From positions 1,207,908 through 1,271,907 of the forward strand of contig CBDCDC010000001.1 of NCBI GenBank assembly GCA_965215195.1: a stretch of 64,000 nucleotides of DNA, in the 5' to 3' direction. Positions 37,576 to 46,435 of the stretch are shown here, piece by piece (positions within the stretch are counted from its first letter, which is position 1; each line of letters begins with the position of its first letter). The DNA is from Candidatus Latescibacterota bacterium. Lineage in GTDB: Bacteria; Latescibacterota; UBA2968; UBA8231. The notes under the pieces were generated by a model. That model was not told where the DNA came from. It made no database searches and was given only the letters and a program-made list of their open reading frames with translations. The translations under genes were made by a program, and so were the position numbers.

Positions 37576-38136
37576 ATGTTGGAAGAGGTCCTTGAAACAG
37601 TAAAAGAGGGCATGGAGAAGGCCGTTGAGTCCCTGCGCCGCGACTTAGCCTCTATCCGCACGGGGCGGGCCTCGGCCGCCATGCTCGACAACGTGCGGGT
37701 GGATTACTACGGCCAACAGACGCCGCTCAACCAGGTGGCGACGATCAGCGTCCCCGAGCCGCGCTTGTTGGCGATCAAGCCTTGGGAGGCCACTCTGATT
37801 TCCGCGATTGAAAGGGCCATCCTCGCCGACAAGAGCTTGGGCCTTAACCCGGCCAACGACGGCACCATCATCCGGCTGCCCATTCCCGAGTTGACCGAGG
37901 AGCGGCGGGTGGAAATCACCAAAGTCGCCCGGCACCGAGCCGAGGAGGGGCGGGTCGCAGTGCGACATGCGCGGCGCGACGGAATAGACCTGCTCCAGCA
38001 AGCCCAAAAGGACGGGGACATCTCTGAAGACGAGTCTCGCAGTGCGCAGAAAAGGGTGCAGGAGTTGACCGCTGAATACGTAGCCGCCATTGACGGGATC
38101 ATCGAGAACAAGGAAAAGGAGATCATGGAGGTCTAG
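37576..38136 (+). CDS. frr: Ribosome recycling factor
   Basis: IRTGRAS, VDYYG..TPLNQVA, LGLNP.NDG, LTEERR, KEKEIMEV. Confidence 0.96.
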   Translation: MLEEVLETVKEGMEKAVESLRRDLASIRTGRASAAMLDNVRVDYYGQQTPLNQVATISVPEPRLLAIKPWEATLISAIERAILADKSLGLNPANDGTIIRLPIPELTEERRVEITKVARHRAEEGRVAVRHARRDGIDLLQQAQKDGDISEDESRSAQKRVQELTAEYVAAIDGIIENKEKEIMEV

Positions 38137-38156
38137 ACGGCCTCTGCTCTCCGGTT

Positions 38157-39041
38157 GTGCAGAAGCATAGCCCCGTTTTGTCGCTCTACTACATCCTGTG
38201 GTCCATGCGCCCCCGGCAGTGGATCAAGAACGTCTTCGTCTTTCCCGCCCTCGTATTTTCCGAATACCTCTTTGAGATTCCCTACCTAGTGCGCAGCTTA
38301 GGGGCGGCCCTTTGCTTCGTCCTGTTGAGCGGGGCTGTCTATTTGTTCAACGACATCTTCGACCGCCAGTACGACCGCCTGCATCCCAAAAAGTGCCGCC
38401 GGCCGATTGCCGCCGGCCACCTCTCTGTCGCGTTGGCTTGGGGGGCGGCGTTGGTCGCGTTGGCCCTTGCGTTGGCCTGCGCGTTTTGGCTGCACCCTCA
38501 TTTGGGGTGGGTGGCTTCACTCTACGCGGCACTCAACGCGGCGTACTCGCTCCGGCTCAAGCGCGTGGTGTTGGTGGATGTGCTGATCGTGGCCGCGTGT
38601 TACCTGCTGCGCGCTGTCGGCGGCGGCGTGGTCATTGAGGTGTCTATTTCCACTTGGTTTATCGTTTGTATTTTTGCGCTGGTGCTCTTCGTGGCTGTGG
38701 TCAAGCGCCGACAGGAGATCGTGCAACTGGCGGATGCGGCCGCGGATCACCGCGCCATTCTCGAAGAGTACAGCGTACCTTTTCTCGACCAAATGATCGC
38801 CGTCCTGACTGCCGTGACCATGGTCTGCTACATGCTGTACGCGATGGGAGTGGGCGATACAGAAGACGTGCGATTGCAGTGGACGATCCCCTTTGTGCTC
38901 TACGGCGTGTTGCGCTATCTCTATCTAGTATACCACGAGGGGCAGGGGGACGACCCGACGGCAGTCGTCTGGAGCGATCGGCCTTTGCAGGTCAATACCT
39001 TGCTCTGGTTGGCGGCTAGCGTATTCGGGCTGTACGCCTAA
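38157..39041 (+). CDS. UbiA-family prenyltransferase (decaprenyl-phosphate phosphoribosyltransferase-like)
   Basis: RPRQWIKN, YLFNDIFD..D..HPKK..RPIAAG, YSLRLK, KRRQE, PFVLYG..RY. Confidence 0.88.
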   Translation: MQKHSPVLSLYYILWSMRPRQWIKNVFVFPALVFSEYLFEIPYLVRSLGAALCFVLLSGAVYLFNDIFDRQYDRLHPKKCRRPIAAGHLSVALAWGAALVALALALACAFWLHPHLGWVASLYAALNAAYSLRLKRVVLVDVLIVAACYLLRAVGGGVVIEVSISTWFIVCIFALVLFVAVVKRRQEIVQLADAAADHRAILEEYSVPFLDQMIAVLTAVTMVCYMLYAMGVGDTEDVRLQWTIPFVLYGVLRYLYLVYHEGQGDDPTAVVWSDRPLQVNTLLWLAASVFGLYA

Positions 39042-39077
39042 CCGAGGCATTGGCATTCTCTTACAGGAGATACGAGT

Positions 39078-39794
39078 ATGGCAGCGAATTTGAAGCAGAA
39101 GATCAAGCGGGGCGAACAGGTGGTGGGGTTTGGCATTCGCGGCGATATCGAACGCGACGCATTCAAGCGAATCGCCGAGTTGGGTGCGTGCGATTTTGTC
39201 TTTACCGACAGCCAGCACTCGCCCTATAGCGAAGATCGCTTGGTCGCGTTGGCGGGTATGGCCGGGGAGTTGGGGCTGCCCCTGCACTTTCGCATCAAGC
39301 ACACTCGCCATACCTACCTGATCGGCAACTGTTTGGACTTGGGGCCTTCGGGGATCGAAGTGCCGCAGGTAGAGACCGCGGCGACTGCCGAAGAGGCCGT
39401 GGCCAATTTTTACTACTTGCCGCAAGGGGTGCGCAGCCACGGCGGCGGTGCCCGCGTCGGCGACACGAGCAGCGGTCCCCAGGCGTATGCGGATTGGTGG
39501 AACCAGTACGGGGTACTGTGGCTGCAAGTCGAATCCGCGGCGGCCGCGACTAGTGCATTCAACTTGGCGCGGCCCGGGGTCGATTGCCTCTCCTTTGGCC
39601 CTACGGATCTACAAATGGACCTAAATCACCGGGGCCATCCCCAGATCAAAAGCGTCGACGACTGCGTGCGCCATGTGGTGCAAGCGTTGGAGGGAACGAG
39701 TACGGTAGTCTGTTTCCGCAATGGCACGGCCGAGAGCCGGTCGCGCTATGCCGATATGGGGGTGTGCGTTTTTTTGGAAGCGCCGCCCGTCTAA
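39078..39794 (+). CDS. HpcH/HpaI aldolase family protein
   Basis: DFVFTDSQHSP, LDLGPSGIEVPQVE, YLPQGVRS, QVES, GVD.L.FGPTDL. Confidence 0.82.
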   Translation: MAANLKQKIKRGEQVVGFGIRGDIERDAFKRIAELGACDFVFTDSQHSPYSEDRLVALAGMAGELGLPLHFRIKHTRHTYLIGNCLDLGPSGIEVPQVETAATAEEAVANFYYLPQGVRSHGGGARVGDTSSGPQAYADWWNQYGVLWLQVESAAAATSAFNLARPGVDCLSFGPTDLQMDLNHRGHPQIKSVDDCVRHVVQALEGTSTVVCFRNGTAESRSRYADMGVCVFLEAPPV

Positions 39795-39802
39795 GAGATC
39801 GG

Positions 39803-39945
39803 CTAGCGGGCCTGTCCCAGCCCAGCGTACGCCCGGCCCAGCGGCAGGACGAAAGGTTCTTCGCAAGGGCGGAAGGGCACCGTAGCGGCGATTTCGGCGA
39901 GCCGGGCGAGTACTGCGCTGCTCAAGGGGCCGTTGGCGGCCGCAG
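39803..39945 (-). pseudogene. C-terminal fragment of an aldo/keto reductase-like gene
   Basis: A..NGPLSSAVLARLAEIAATVPFRPCEEPFVLPLGRAY resembles AKR C-terminal tails; no start or upstream body. Confidence 0.45.
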
Positions 39946-39959
39946 ACGGAGCGGATGGA

Positions 39960-40745
39960 TCACCACGCGGTCCAGCCGCCGTCCACTGGTACGACGGTCC
40001 CGTTGACATAGCCACTAGCCTTTGAGCACAAGAAGAGTAGGGTGGTGGCTAGCTCGGCGGGCTGACCAAAGCGGCCCTGCGGCGTAAAGCTACGCAGGCG
40101 GGTGCTCATCTTCTCGTTATCGAGGGCGGTCTCGGTCAATTCGGTGGGGAAATAGCTGGGGGCAATGGCGTTTGCGGTGATGCCGTGTCTGGCCCATTCC
40201 ACGGCCTGCGAGCGCGTCAGCCCCACGAGTCCGTGCTTGCTGATTGTGTAGGCACTCAGGCCGTTGATTACCGAGGCGCCCAAGCCGTAGATCGAGGCGA
40301 TATTGACGATGCGGCCGGCTCCAGATTGGCGGAGCAGAGGGAAGCAGGCTTTGGCGAGGAGCCATTGGGCCTTGAGATTGAGATCGACGACAGCGGTAAA
40401 GTCTTGCTCGGCCATGTCTTCGAGGCGGACGCGGGTGGCTGTGCCGGCATTGGCGACTAAGATATCGCACCCGCCGAGTCGCTCGCCTGCCTGCTCGGGC
40501 AGGGCGGCGATGGCGGCGTTGTCGCTGAGGTCGGCCGCGTGTGGGTGGATGGTTCCGGCGCGGTCTTGCAATTGGTTGGCCAGTGCTTGGAGGCGCTCTT
40601 GGCGGCGGGCGACGGCGAGGACGTCGGCACCGGCTGAGACGAGGACGCGGGCCATTTCGGCACCTAAGCCGCTGGAGGCACCCGTGACGATGGCTTTGTG
40701 GCCCTCGCAGCCGAAGAGGGCGTGTACATAGTCTTTACTGTTCAT
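39960..40745 (-). CDS. SDR family oxidoreductase
   Basis: TGASSGLG, NAG, YTISK catalytic motif, NAIAP, VDGGW. Confidence 0.93.
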   Translation of the reverse strand: MNSKDYVHALFGCEGHKAIVTGASSGLGAEMARVLVSAGADVLAVARRQERLQALANQLQDRAGTIHPHAADLSDNAAIAALPEQAGERLGGCDILVANAGTATRVRLEDMAEQDFTAVVDLNLKAQWLLAKACFPLLRQSGAGRIVNIASIYGLGASVINGLSAYTISKHGLVGLTRSQAVEWARHGITANAIAPSYFPTELTETALDNEKMSTRLRSFTPQGRFGQPAELATTLLFLCSKASGYVNGTVVPVDGGWTAW

Positions 40746-40858
40746 GGAGTTTTAAGGTAAAGGATGCATGTGGAGCGGCCAAGCGGGTCGGCTGGAATCG
40801 GGCGGCTTGCCAGCGCATGGGCCGCCGACCCTTTCTCGCGCACAGGTGGTAGTAGGCG

Positions 40859-41068
40859 ATGACGGCAAATAGTATGACCAACATTGAGGCGACCGAGGTT
40901 GCGGCCCCGCCGGCGTGGGCCTTGATGGAGCGGAATTTGATCGCGCTAATGGAAGAGTCGGGCCGCCTGTGCGCCCGGCAGTACTTCGAGTGCGGCGGCG
41001 GCACCTTGTTCACAGACAAGACCCTGATCATCGCACTCATCGGCGGCATCCAGCGATACGTCGCCTAA
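40859..41068 (+). pseudogene. Short ORF, probably a truncated N-terminus of a larger gene
   Basis: PPAWALMERNLIALM pattern resembles starts of large uncharacterised proteins; ends abruptly at 69 aa. Confidence 0.35.
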
Positions 41069-41079
41069 AGGAACCCATC

Positions 41080-41910
41080 ATGCAGGAGCAAAGACTAAAC
41101 GACGAAGTATTCAACGCGCTCGCCACACGCGGCTACGCTATCATCCACAAGTACCTCCCCGAAGCCCAATGCGCCGCAATGGCCGCCGCCCTCGGCCGCA
41201 TCCTCAAACCTTGGGACGAAGTCGCGGACGATCCGCCCGACGCTCGCATTGACTCCTGCTATTTTCCCTATCCCGAACAATGCCTCAACCGCGCCATCGT
41301 CGATCGCGAAGCCATTGCCTTTGCCCGACGCTGGCTCGACACAGACCAAATCCACTATCGGCCCGGACTGGGTTTGGTCACCTATCCGGGCCGCAAGGGT
41401 GGTCCGTTCCACATCGACAATGGCAACAACTCGCTGCTGCCGCCCACCTCATCCGACCGTCGCCACAGCCAGCTCAACTTCTGGTTCTGCCTCGAAGACG
41501 TCGACGAGGATCAGGCCCCGACCCTGTTCGTGGCCGACGGCGATGGCCAGCACCAAGACCCGGCCCAAGCCGAGCCAATGGTCGCCCCTCGCGGCTCGGT
41601 AGCCATCTTCCACAACTACTCTTGGCACGCCGCTAGCGACTATCGGTGCGCCGACGGCCAGCGCTATATCTGGAAATTCGCCTATGGTCGCGCCGACCAC
41701 TATTGGGAAGGCGTTGAGCACTACACCCACGTGGGCTGCGACCCGCACTTTTGCGAGTTTATCGCCGGCCTCACCGCCGCTGACCGCCAGCTCTTTCGCT
41801 TTCCCCCGCCCGACCACCCGTACTACACCCGCCAGACGCTCGCCGCCTTGGAAGCGCAGTACCCCGGCTGGAACGCCCGCGGCGAATACCGGCCTTGCGA
41901 CGGCGAATGA
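41080..41910 (+). CDS. Phytanoyl-CoA dioxygenase (PhyH) family 2OG-Fe(II) enzyme
   Basis: GYAII..YL, HID (HxD), LEDVD..QAPT, GSVAIF...WHAA; ATG 41080 behind AAGGA. Confidence 0.82.
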   Translation: MQEQRLNDEVFNALATRGYAIIHKYLPEAQCAAMAAALGRILKPWDEVADDPPDARIDSCYFPYPEQCLNRAIVDREAIAFARRWLDTDQIHYRPGLGLVTYPGRKGGPFHIDNGNNSLLPPTSSDRRHSQLNFWFCLEDVDEDQAPTLFVADGDGQHQDPAQAEPMVAPRGSVAIFHNYSWHAASDYRCADGQRYIWKFAYGRADHYWEGVEHYTHVGCDPHFCEFIAGLTAADRQLFRFPPPDHPYYTRQTLAALEAQYPGWNARGEYRPCDGE

Positions 41911-41913
41911 CGC

Positions 41914-44346
41914 TTATAATGATAGCCAGTAATTTACCTTAATAAAGAAAATATCCGAACCAGCGTCTAGGAAACTCTCACCTATATTCTTCAGCGGGAG
42001 GAAGGAAGGATCTGAAGAGAACGCACTGTTCGCTTGGGACCACACTAAGAATAAGGTACTTCCCGGACGGTATTCCCAACGCAGTACCATGTTACTCTGC
42101 AATGAACGGCGGCGAAAATTGGGATTGTAGTCCAACTCTGTATACGGGGTAAACATATACGAACTCGGTCTCGCTAGTTCCTTGAAATGTTTGTAGGTCC
42201 CAACCGCCAGAAACGGCTGCAAATAGAACTCTAGGCTCAGATCACGGCTAAAGATCACATTGAGTCGGGTAGTCAGATCTAGCGTCTTGCTATTCAGTGT
42301 TCCGTATACGAAGTGTTCAACTATGCCATCCCCATCTAGGTCTATATTCCTAACCCACTGTGCATCATTGAAACCCCACTGATAGCGTGGCCGAAAGTGA
42401 TACTCTATATAATAAGCTGGTTTAATTTCTACTCCCAATGCCATCGTGCGCCAAGTGCTACCTTCCGTGTCGTTCCCCCAAGAAAAGCCGAGTTGGCTAC
42501 TTATGGCTCGACGATCGTCGCTTTCGATAAGAAGATCAAAATCTGTGCTAGCGGGCCGTACGATGAGCGGTCCACCCCGGGTATCTAGATCATCCTGAGT
42601 GCGGAAATCATGGTTAAATGCTGCAAAGATTTCCCAATAATTACTGAACTGATGCCAAGTGCTCAAGCCGATGCCGTTTGCCAGTACCACGTCATCAAAG
42701 TTCCAACGCTTCCACTGATTGATGTTCAGGCTGTTCCGACGGAAAAAATTCCACGGACGATCCTTGCGAAGCTGGAGCTGAAACCGAGTTTCGTAGTAGT
42801 TGTTCCGCCATAGAAAACCCAGATCATTGATTTCGAAATTTTTTGAGTAGGCTTTCCAATGGAATTCTCCTTGTAGCCAGCCGCTCCGCTTGCCTACAGC
42901 CATCTCGTTGCCCCACCCCCTCTTCTGATCCGCTGCCGTTCCGGCTTGGCTACTGGCGATCTGTCCCCAGAAATCGTACGCGTTCTGACCCGAATGCAGC
43001 CACCAATCTACACTTCCAGAGTACGCGTCTGCAGCCTTGTGTCGGTTAAGACTCGTACCTGTCAGGCCAATGTGAGAGTTGCCTTGAAAAAGATCCTGTT
43101 GTACTCGGCCAACCAAGATATGGGAGCGCGGCTCGATAGGAAAATCACGACGTTTTGTTTCTTCCCCCACACTCTCCAGAGATACATACTCTCTAGCCGT
43201 AAGTGCTTCCATTAACCCAAAGCTCGTCTTGCCGGTCGTCTTGCCCATTATTTTAACTGCTCCTAAAATGGTGGTGAAATCTGGCTGGTTCACCATCTGG
43301 AAGCCGCTGGGGATGCTATTGAAACCGGGCTGCTTGCCAATGCGACGGGAATAGAAAAGCTGAATAGGCGTCCGAAAATTATCGGCACCATCTACGAAAA
43401 AGGGGCGCCGCTCCTCGAAGAAGGTCTCAAAGACTGAAAGGTTTAGTACTGCCGGATCGGCCTCCACCTGCCCAAAATCTGGATTGACTGTGGCGTTAAG
43501 AGAGAGGCTCGAGGTCAGTCCGTAGCGCATATTAATCCCCAGATTGCTGAAGAGATCGCGGCGAGCGGATACATTGTCGGAGGTAAAGGTGGATCGGCCT
43601 ACGATATAAGGCATAATCTCCAGGGGTTTAGGGGGAACAATCTGCTCAATGCCTTCAAGATGGCCAAAGTGCGATGGCCAACCGCTTTGCTCAAGCGGAA
43701 CCATACGCCAATACACATCCTCTTTTTTTCTACTTATATAGCGAATTACGTTGACGCCCCAAGTGTATTTCTCCTGCGGACTGAAGCGGAGCGTTTGGTA
43801 CGGAATCTTGTACTCTACACACCACCCGTTCTCATGCCTGCTTTGACGCGCTTGCCAGACCCCATCCCAAGCACCGTCCCAACCACCTCCATCATCGTAA
43901 TTGTAGCCATCTGTCAGGGAGCCGCTGGCGAATACCTGGAACACAAAGTTTGTCTGATGATCGTGATGAGCGTCAATGGCAATCTGGACGAAATCTGCTT
44001 CTGGCCACTGGTCTCGGCGGGCAAGACGAGCCACGATGTGCTCTGGCTGGCGATCAAAGGCCATAACACCGACGTAAAGTGCTTTGTCGTCATAGGCAAA
44101 TTGTACTGTGGTCGCCTCGGTGGCAGCCTGTCCCGTATCGGGTCGCCGCTGAGTAAATCCTGTAAAGACAGGGGCTTGCTGCCAGATTAAATCGTCTAAG
44201 TGGCCGTCGATTTCAGGTGGAGTAGAATGGATCCGTATGGCTCTTAGCGTCTTGCCAGCGACTTCCCCGTCTTCTACGTGGCCCCAGAGAGGATTTCCCC
44301 CAGCGAAAATGGCAATGATTATTAATATCCTCCATAAACGCATCAT
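41914..44346 (-). CDS. DUF5916 / CBM9-like domain outer-membrane protein
   Basis: Signal peptide; IDG.LDD..W, YDDKALYV, NATVNPDFGQVEAD, FFEERRPFF, LFYSRRIG, RWEYRPGS, terminal FFIKVNYW; AT-richer. Confidence 0.8.
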   Translation of the reverse strand: MMRLWRILIIIAIFAGGNPLWGHVEDGEVAGKTLRAIRIHSTPPEIDGHLDDLIWQQAPVFTGFTQRRPDTGQAATEATTVQFAYDDKALYVGVMAFDRQPEHIVARLARRDQWPEADFVQIAIDAHHDHQTNFVFQVFASGSLTDGYNYDDGGGWDGAWDGVWQARQSRHENGWCVEYKIPYQTLRFSPQEKYTWGVNVIRYISRKKEDVYWRMVPLEQSGWPSHFGHLEGIEQIVPPKPLEIMPYIVGRSTFTSDNVSARRDLFSNLGINMRYGLTSSLSLNATVNPDFGQVEADPAVLNLSVFETFFEERRPFFVDGADNFRTPIQLFYSRRIGKQPGFNSIPSGFQMVNQPDFTTILGAVKIMGKTTGKTSFGLMEALTAREYVSLESVGEETKRRDFPIEPRSHILVGRVQQDLFQGNSHIGLTGTSLNRHKAADAYSGSVDWWLHSGQNAYDFWGQIASSQAGTAADQKRGWGNEMAVGKRSGWLQGEFHWKAYSKNFEINDLGFLWRNNYYETRFQLQLRKDRPWNFFRRNSLNINQWKRWNFDDVVLANGIGLSTWHQFSNYWEIFAAFNHDFRTQDDLDTRGGPLIVRPASTDFDLLIESDDRRAISSQLGFSWGNDTEGSTWRTMALGVEIKPAYYIEYHFRPRYQWGFNDAQWVRNIDLDGDGIVEHFVYGTLNSKTLDLTTRLNVIFSRDLSLEFYLQPFLAVGTYKHFKELARPSSYMFTPYTELDYNPNFRRRSLQSNMVLRWEYRPGSTLFLVWSQANSAFSSDPSFLPLKNIGESFLDAGSDIFFIKVNYWLSL

Positions 44347-44424
44347 GTTGAGTCTCCTCGCCCATCAAAGGACTGACCGACCTCAAAGTGAAAACCAATT
44401 TTTAGTAGGTCAATGGGATGGCTT

Positions 44425-44526
44425 CTAAAGAATCAGGTGTGCTAAAGCGTTCTCGTTGCTCTGCCGCACCTGCTCGGCTAGTAGCTGATCGCTTGGGGAT
44501 GTCAGCGGGCAAAGGTTCACGGACAT
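44425..44526 (-). pseudogene. Possible ECF sigma factor N-terminal fragment
   Basis: SDQLLAEQVRQSNENALAHLI resembles the D..L...V..GD..A...L start of ECF sigma factors; stops after 33 aa. Confidence 0.35.
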
Positions 44527-44644
44527 CGCGTCCCCACGCCCAGTGCGCCCTAATGTAGCGACGGCCTCTCCTCTGCGCCCGAAACCTCTCCTTGCATTAG
44601 TCAGTATCCGTATCATAATTTCTGGAAATCTAAAGGCTATCACC

Positions 44645-44770
44645 ATGCAGCGGACGTACATTGCCTTGGTTCACAAGGAGCCGCACAGCGATGGCGTGAG
44701 CTTCTGCCAGTCGCATCTTGGAGGAAGCCAGAGAAATGGTCGCCGAGGCCCTTGCCCTTCATCTTCTGCC
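44645..44770 (+). pseudogene. HicB-family antitoxin remnant
   Basis: MQRTYIALVHKEPHSDGVSF in one frame, LEEAREMVAEALALHL in another; central PD.PGC...G segment missing. Confidence 0.75.
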
Positions 44771-44847
44771 GCAGCACAACCGGGGTTCGGGGGTTGCCTT
44801 GATGCCCTCTATCTGCTGCTACATACCCCTTTGGAGGAGAATTTTCC

Positions 44848-45990
44848 ATGAAACTGCTCTACGCCGCCTATATTGCGGTGATCGCGTTCGCCGCTTGTGC
44901 GGATAAGACTTCCCTGTCTTCTCCTGCGGACGGCACCCCCGTTAAAATCGGGTTCCTCGTTTCGGGCGACCGCATTACCTATCCGAATGGGGCTCAGATT
45001 GCGCTGGACGAAGTCGACGAGCGCGGAGGCCTGTTGGGCCGGTCCGTTGAATTGGTCACCCGGATTAACCTAGAGGAAGCAGCGGTCGCCGTGCAGGCCG
45101 CTGAGACCCTGATCCTCACCGACGAAGTAGTAGCCCTCATTGGCCCCAATCGCTCCTCGCACGCCATTGAGGTAGGGGCCGTAGCCCAGCGCCACGGCGT
45201 GCCGATGATTACCACGGCAGCCACCAATCCAGCCGTGACCGCAGCTGGCGACTTTGTCTTTATGGCCGCTTTCACCGACCAGTTCCAAGGGCGCGTCATG
45301 GCCCAGTTCGCCAAAGAAACGCTCGGGGCGAATGCAGCCGCTGTTTTGACGCAGCGCGGGGAAGTCTATACCGAAGGGATCGCCGAGTTTTTTATCGCTC
45401 ATTTTAGCGGCTTTGGCGGGGCGATCGTGGCCGACGAGTTCTACGAGAGCGGTGCGACGGATTTTGCCGCGCAATTGACCCGCATTGCGGCGACTGCTCC
45501 CGAGGCGATCTTCCTATCGGGTCTGCCGCCGGAAGTCGCGCTGGTGACCAAGCAGGCGCGTGCCCTGCCCCTGCAAAACGCAGCCGGGGAACCAACGCTT
45601 TTTCTCGGGGCCGATGCTTGGGACAATCCAACGCTGTTGGACAATGAAGCCGCGGCCGTGGATGGCAGCTTTTTCAGCAGCCACTTTTCGCCCGCCACGG
45701 ACGAGCCGAGTGCGCGCGCATTCATCGACGCATACCAAGCCCTGTACGGGATTGCGCCCACCGGCGGCGATGCAGTGAGCTACGATGCGGTCCGCTTGCT
45801 CTTGGAAGCCGCCGAGCGAGCGGGCAGCCTCGACCCGGACGCCGTGCGGCGGCAACTATTGGCTACCGAACAGTACGCTGGGGCAACGCGCATTGCCCGC
45901 TACGACGAAAACCGCCATCCAACCAAAAGCGCGGTTATTATGACCATTGAAAATGGCGCGAAGAAATTTTACCAGCAGGTGGATCCGTAG
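44848..45990 (+). CDS. Branched-chain amino acid ABC-type substrate-binding lipoprotein (LivJ-like), orphan
   Basis: Lipobox FAAC; GGLLGR.VEL, ALIGP..S, ATNPAVT, FTDQFQG, DF.AQLT, SYDA; no permease genes adjacent. Confidence 0.88.
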   Translation: MKLLYAAYIAVIAFAACADKTSLSSPADGTPVKIGFLVSGDRITYPNGAQIALDEVDERGGLLGRSVELVTRINLEEAAVAVQAAETLILTDEVVALIGPNRSSHAIEVGAVAQRHGVPMITTAATNPAVTAAGDFVFMAAFTDQFQGRVMAQFAKETLGANAAAVLTQRGEVYTEGIAEFFIAHFSGFGGAIVADEFYESGATDFAAQLTRIAATAPEAIFLSGLPPEVALVTKQARALPLQNAAGEPTLFLGADAWDNPTLLDNEAAAVDGSFFSSHFSPATDEPSARAFIDAYQALYGIAPTGGDAVSYDAVRLLLEAAERAGSLDPDAVRRQLLATEQYAGATRIARYDENRHPTKSAVIMTIENGAKKFYQQVDP

Positions 45991-46087
45991 GCGATATAGA
46001 CGAGAAAGCCCCGGACTCAGAGAAAATCCCGACCTGAGCACGGACGTTATTTGCTTTCCGTTGGTGGCGTCTCGCCGACGGCGCGGA

Positions 46088-46225
46088 GGCTTGATCGAAG
46101 GTCTTTATATCACGCACGCCGCGCCTGCGGCAGCTTGCAAGATGGCAAAGGTCCCGAGCGCCCAGCGCGGGATACTGCTCGTGGAGCTGGCGAGCTAGCG
46201 TGACATCTTCGTATGCCAGCGGCCA
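46088..46225 (-). pseudogene. VapC/PIN toxin C-terminal fragment
   Basis: EDVTLARQL...YPALGARDLCHLASC...GV..IKTFDQ is a PIN-domain C-terminal pattern (D..H.A, TFD). Confidence 0.65.
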
Positions 46226-46226
46226 A

Positions 46227-46375
46227 GGCATAGACGATGCCCGACAGGGCCAGCCCGGCGGCGAGAAGGCCCAGATAGGTCGCCAAGCGCAGCGGCGCGA
46301 GGGAGACGACAGGATACCGTCGACGGCCAAGCGCAGCATCTTGCCGAATGGGTACTTGGTCTCGCCCGCGGCCCG
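46227..46375 (-). pseudogene. GtrB/ArnC-like GT2 glycosyltransferase internal fragment
   Basis: RAAGETKYPFGKMLRLAVDGILS then frameshifted SLAPLRLATYLGLLAAGLALSGIVYA. Confidence 0.65.
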
Positions 46376-46415
46376 CGCACCCGGCGGAAGCCCTTCGGCT
46401 GCGCTCAGGTCGAAG

Positions 46416-46435
46416 CCTTAGTGTCGCGTACTAAG
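46416..46435. repeat. Copy of the TAGTGTCGYGTAC repeat (left border of GHL10-ABC module)
   Basis: CCTTAGTGTCGCGTACTAAG vs CCTTAGTGTCGTGTACCTTAG at 51870-51890. Confidence 0.6.

Noticed and set aside
39049-39066. TTGGCAT sigma-54-like site before the aldolase
   Set aside because: No GC at the -12 position.
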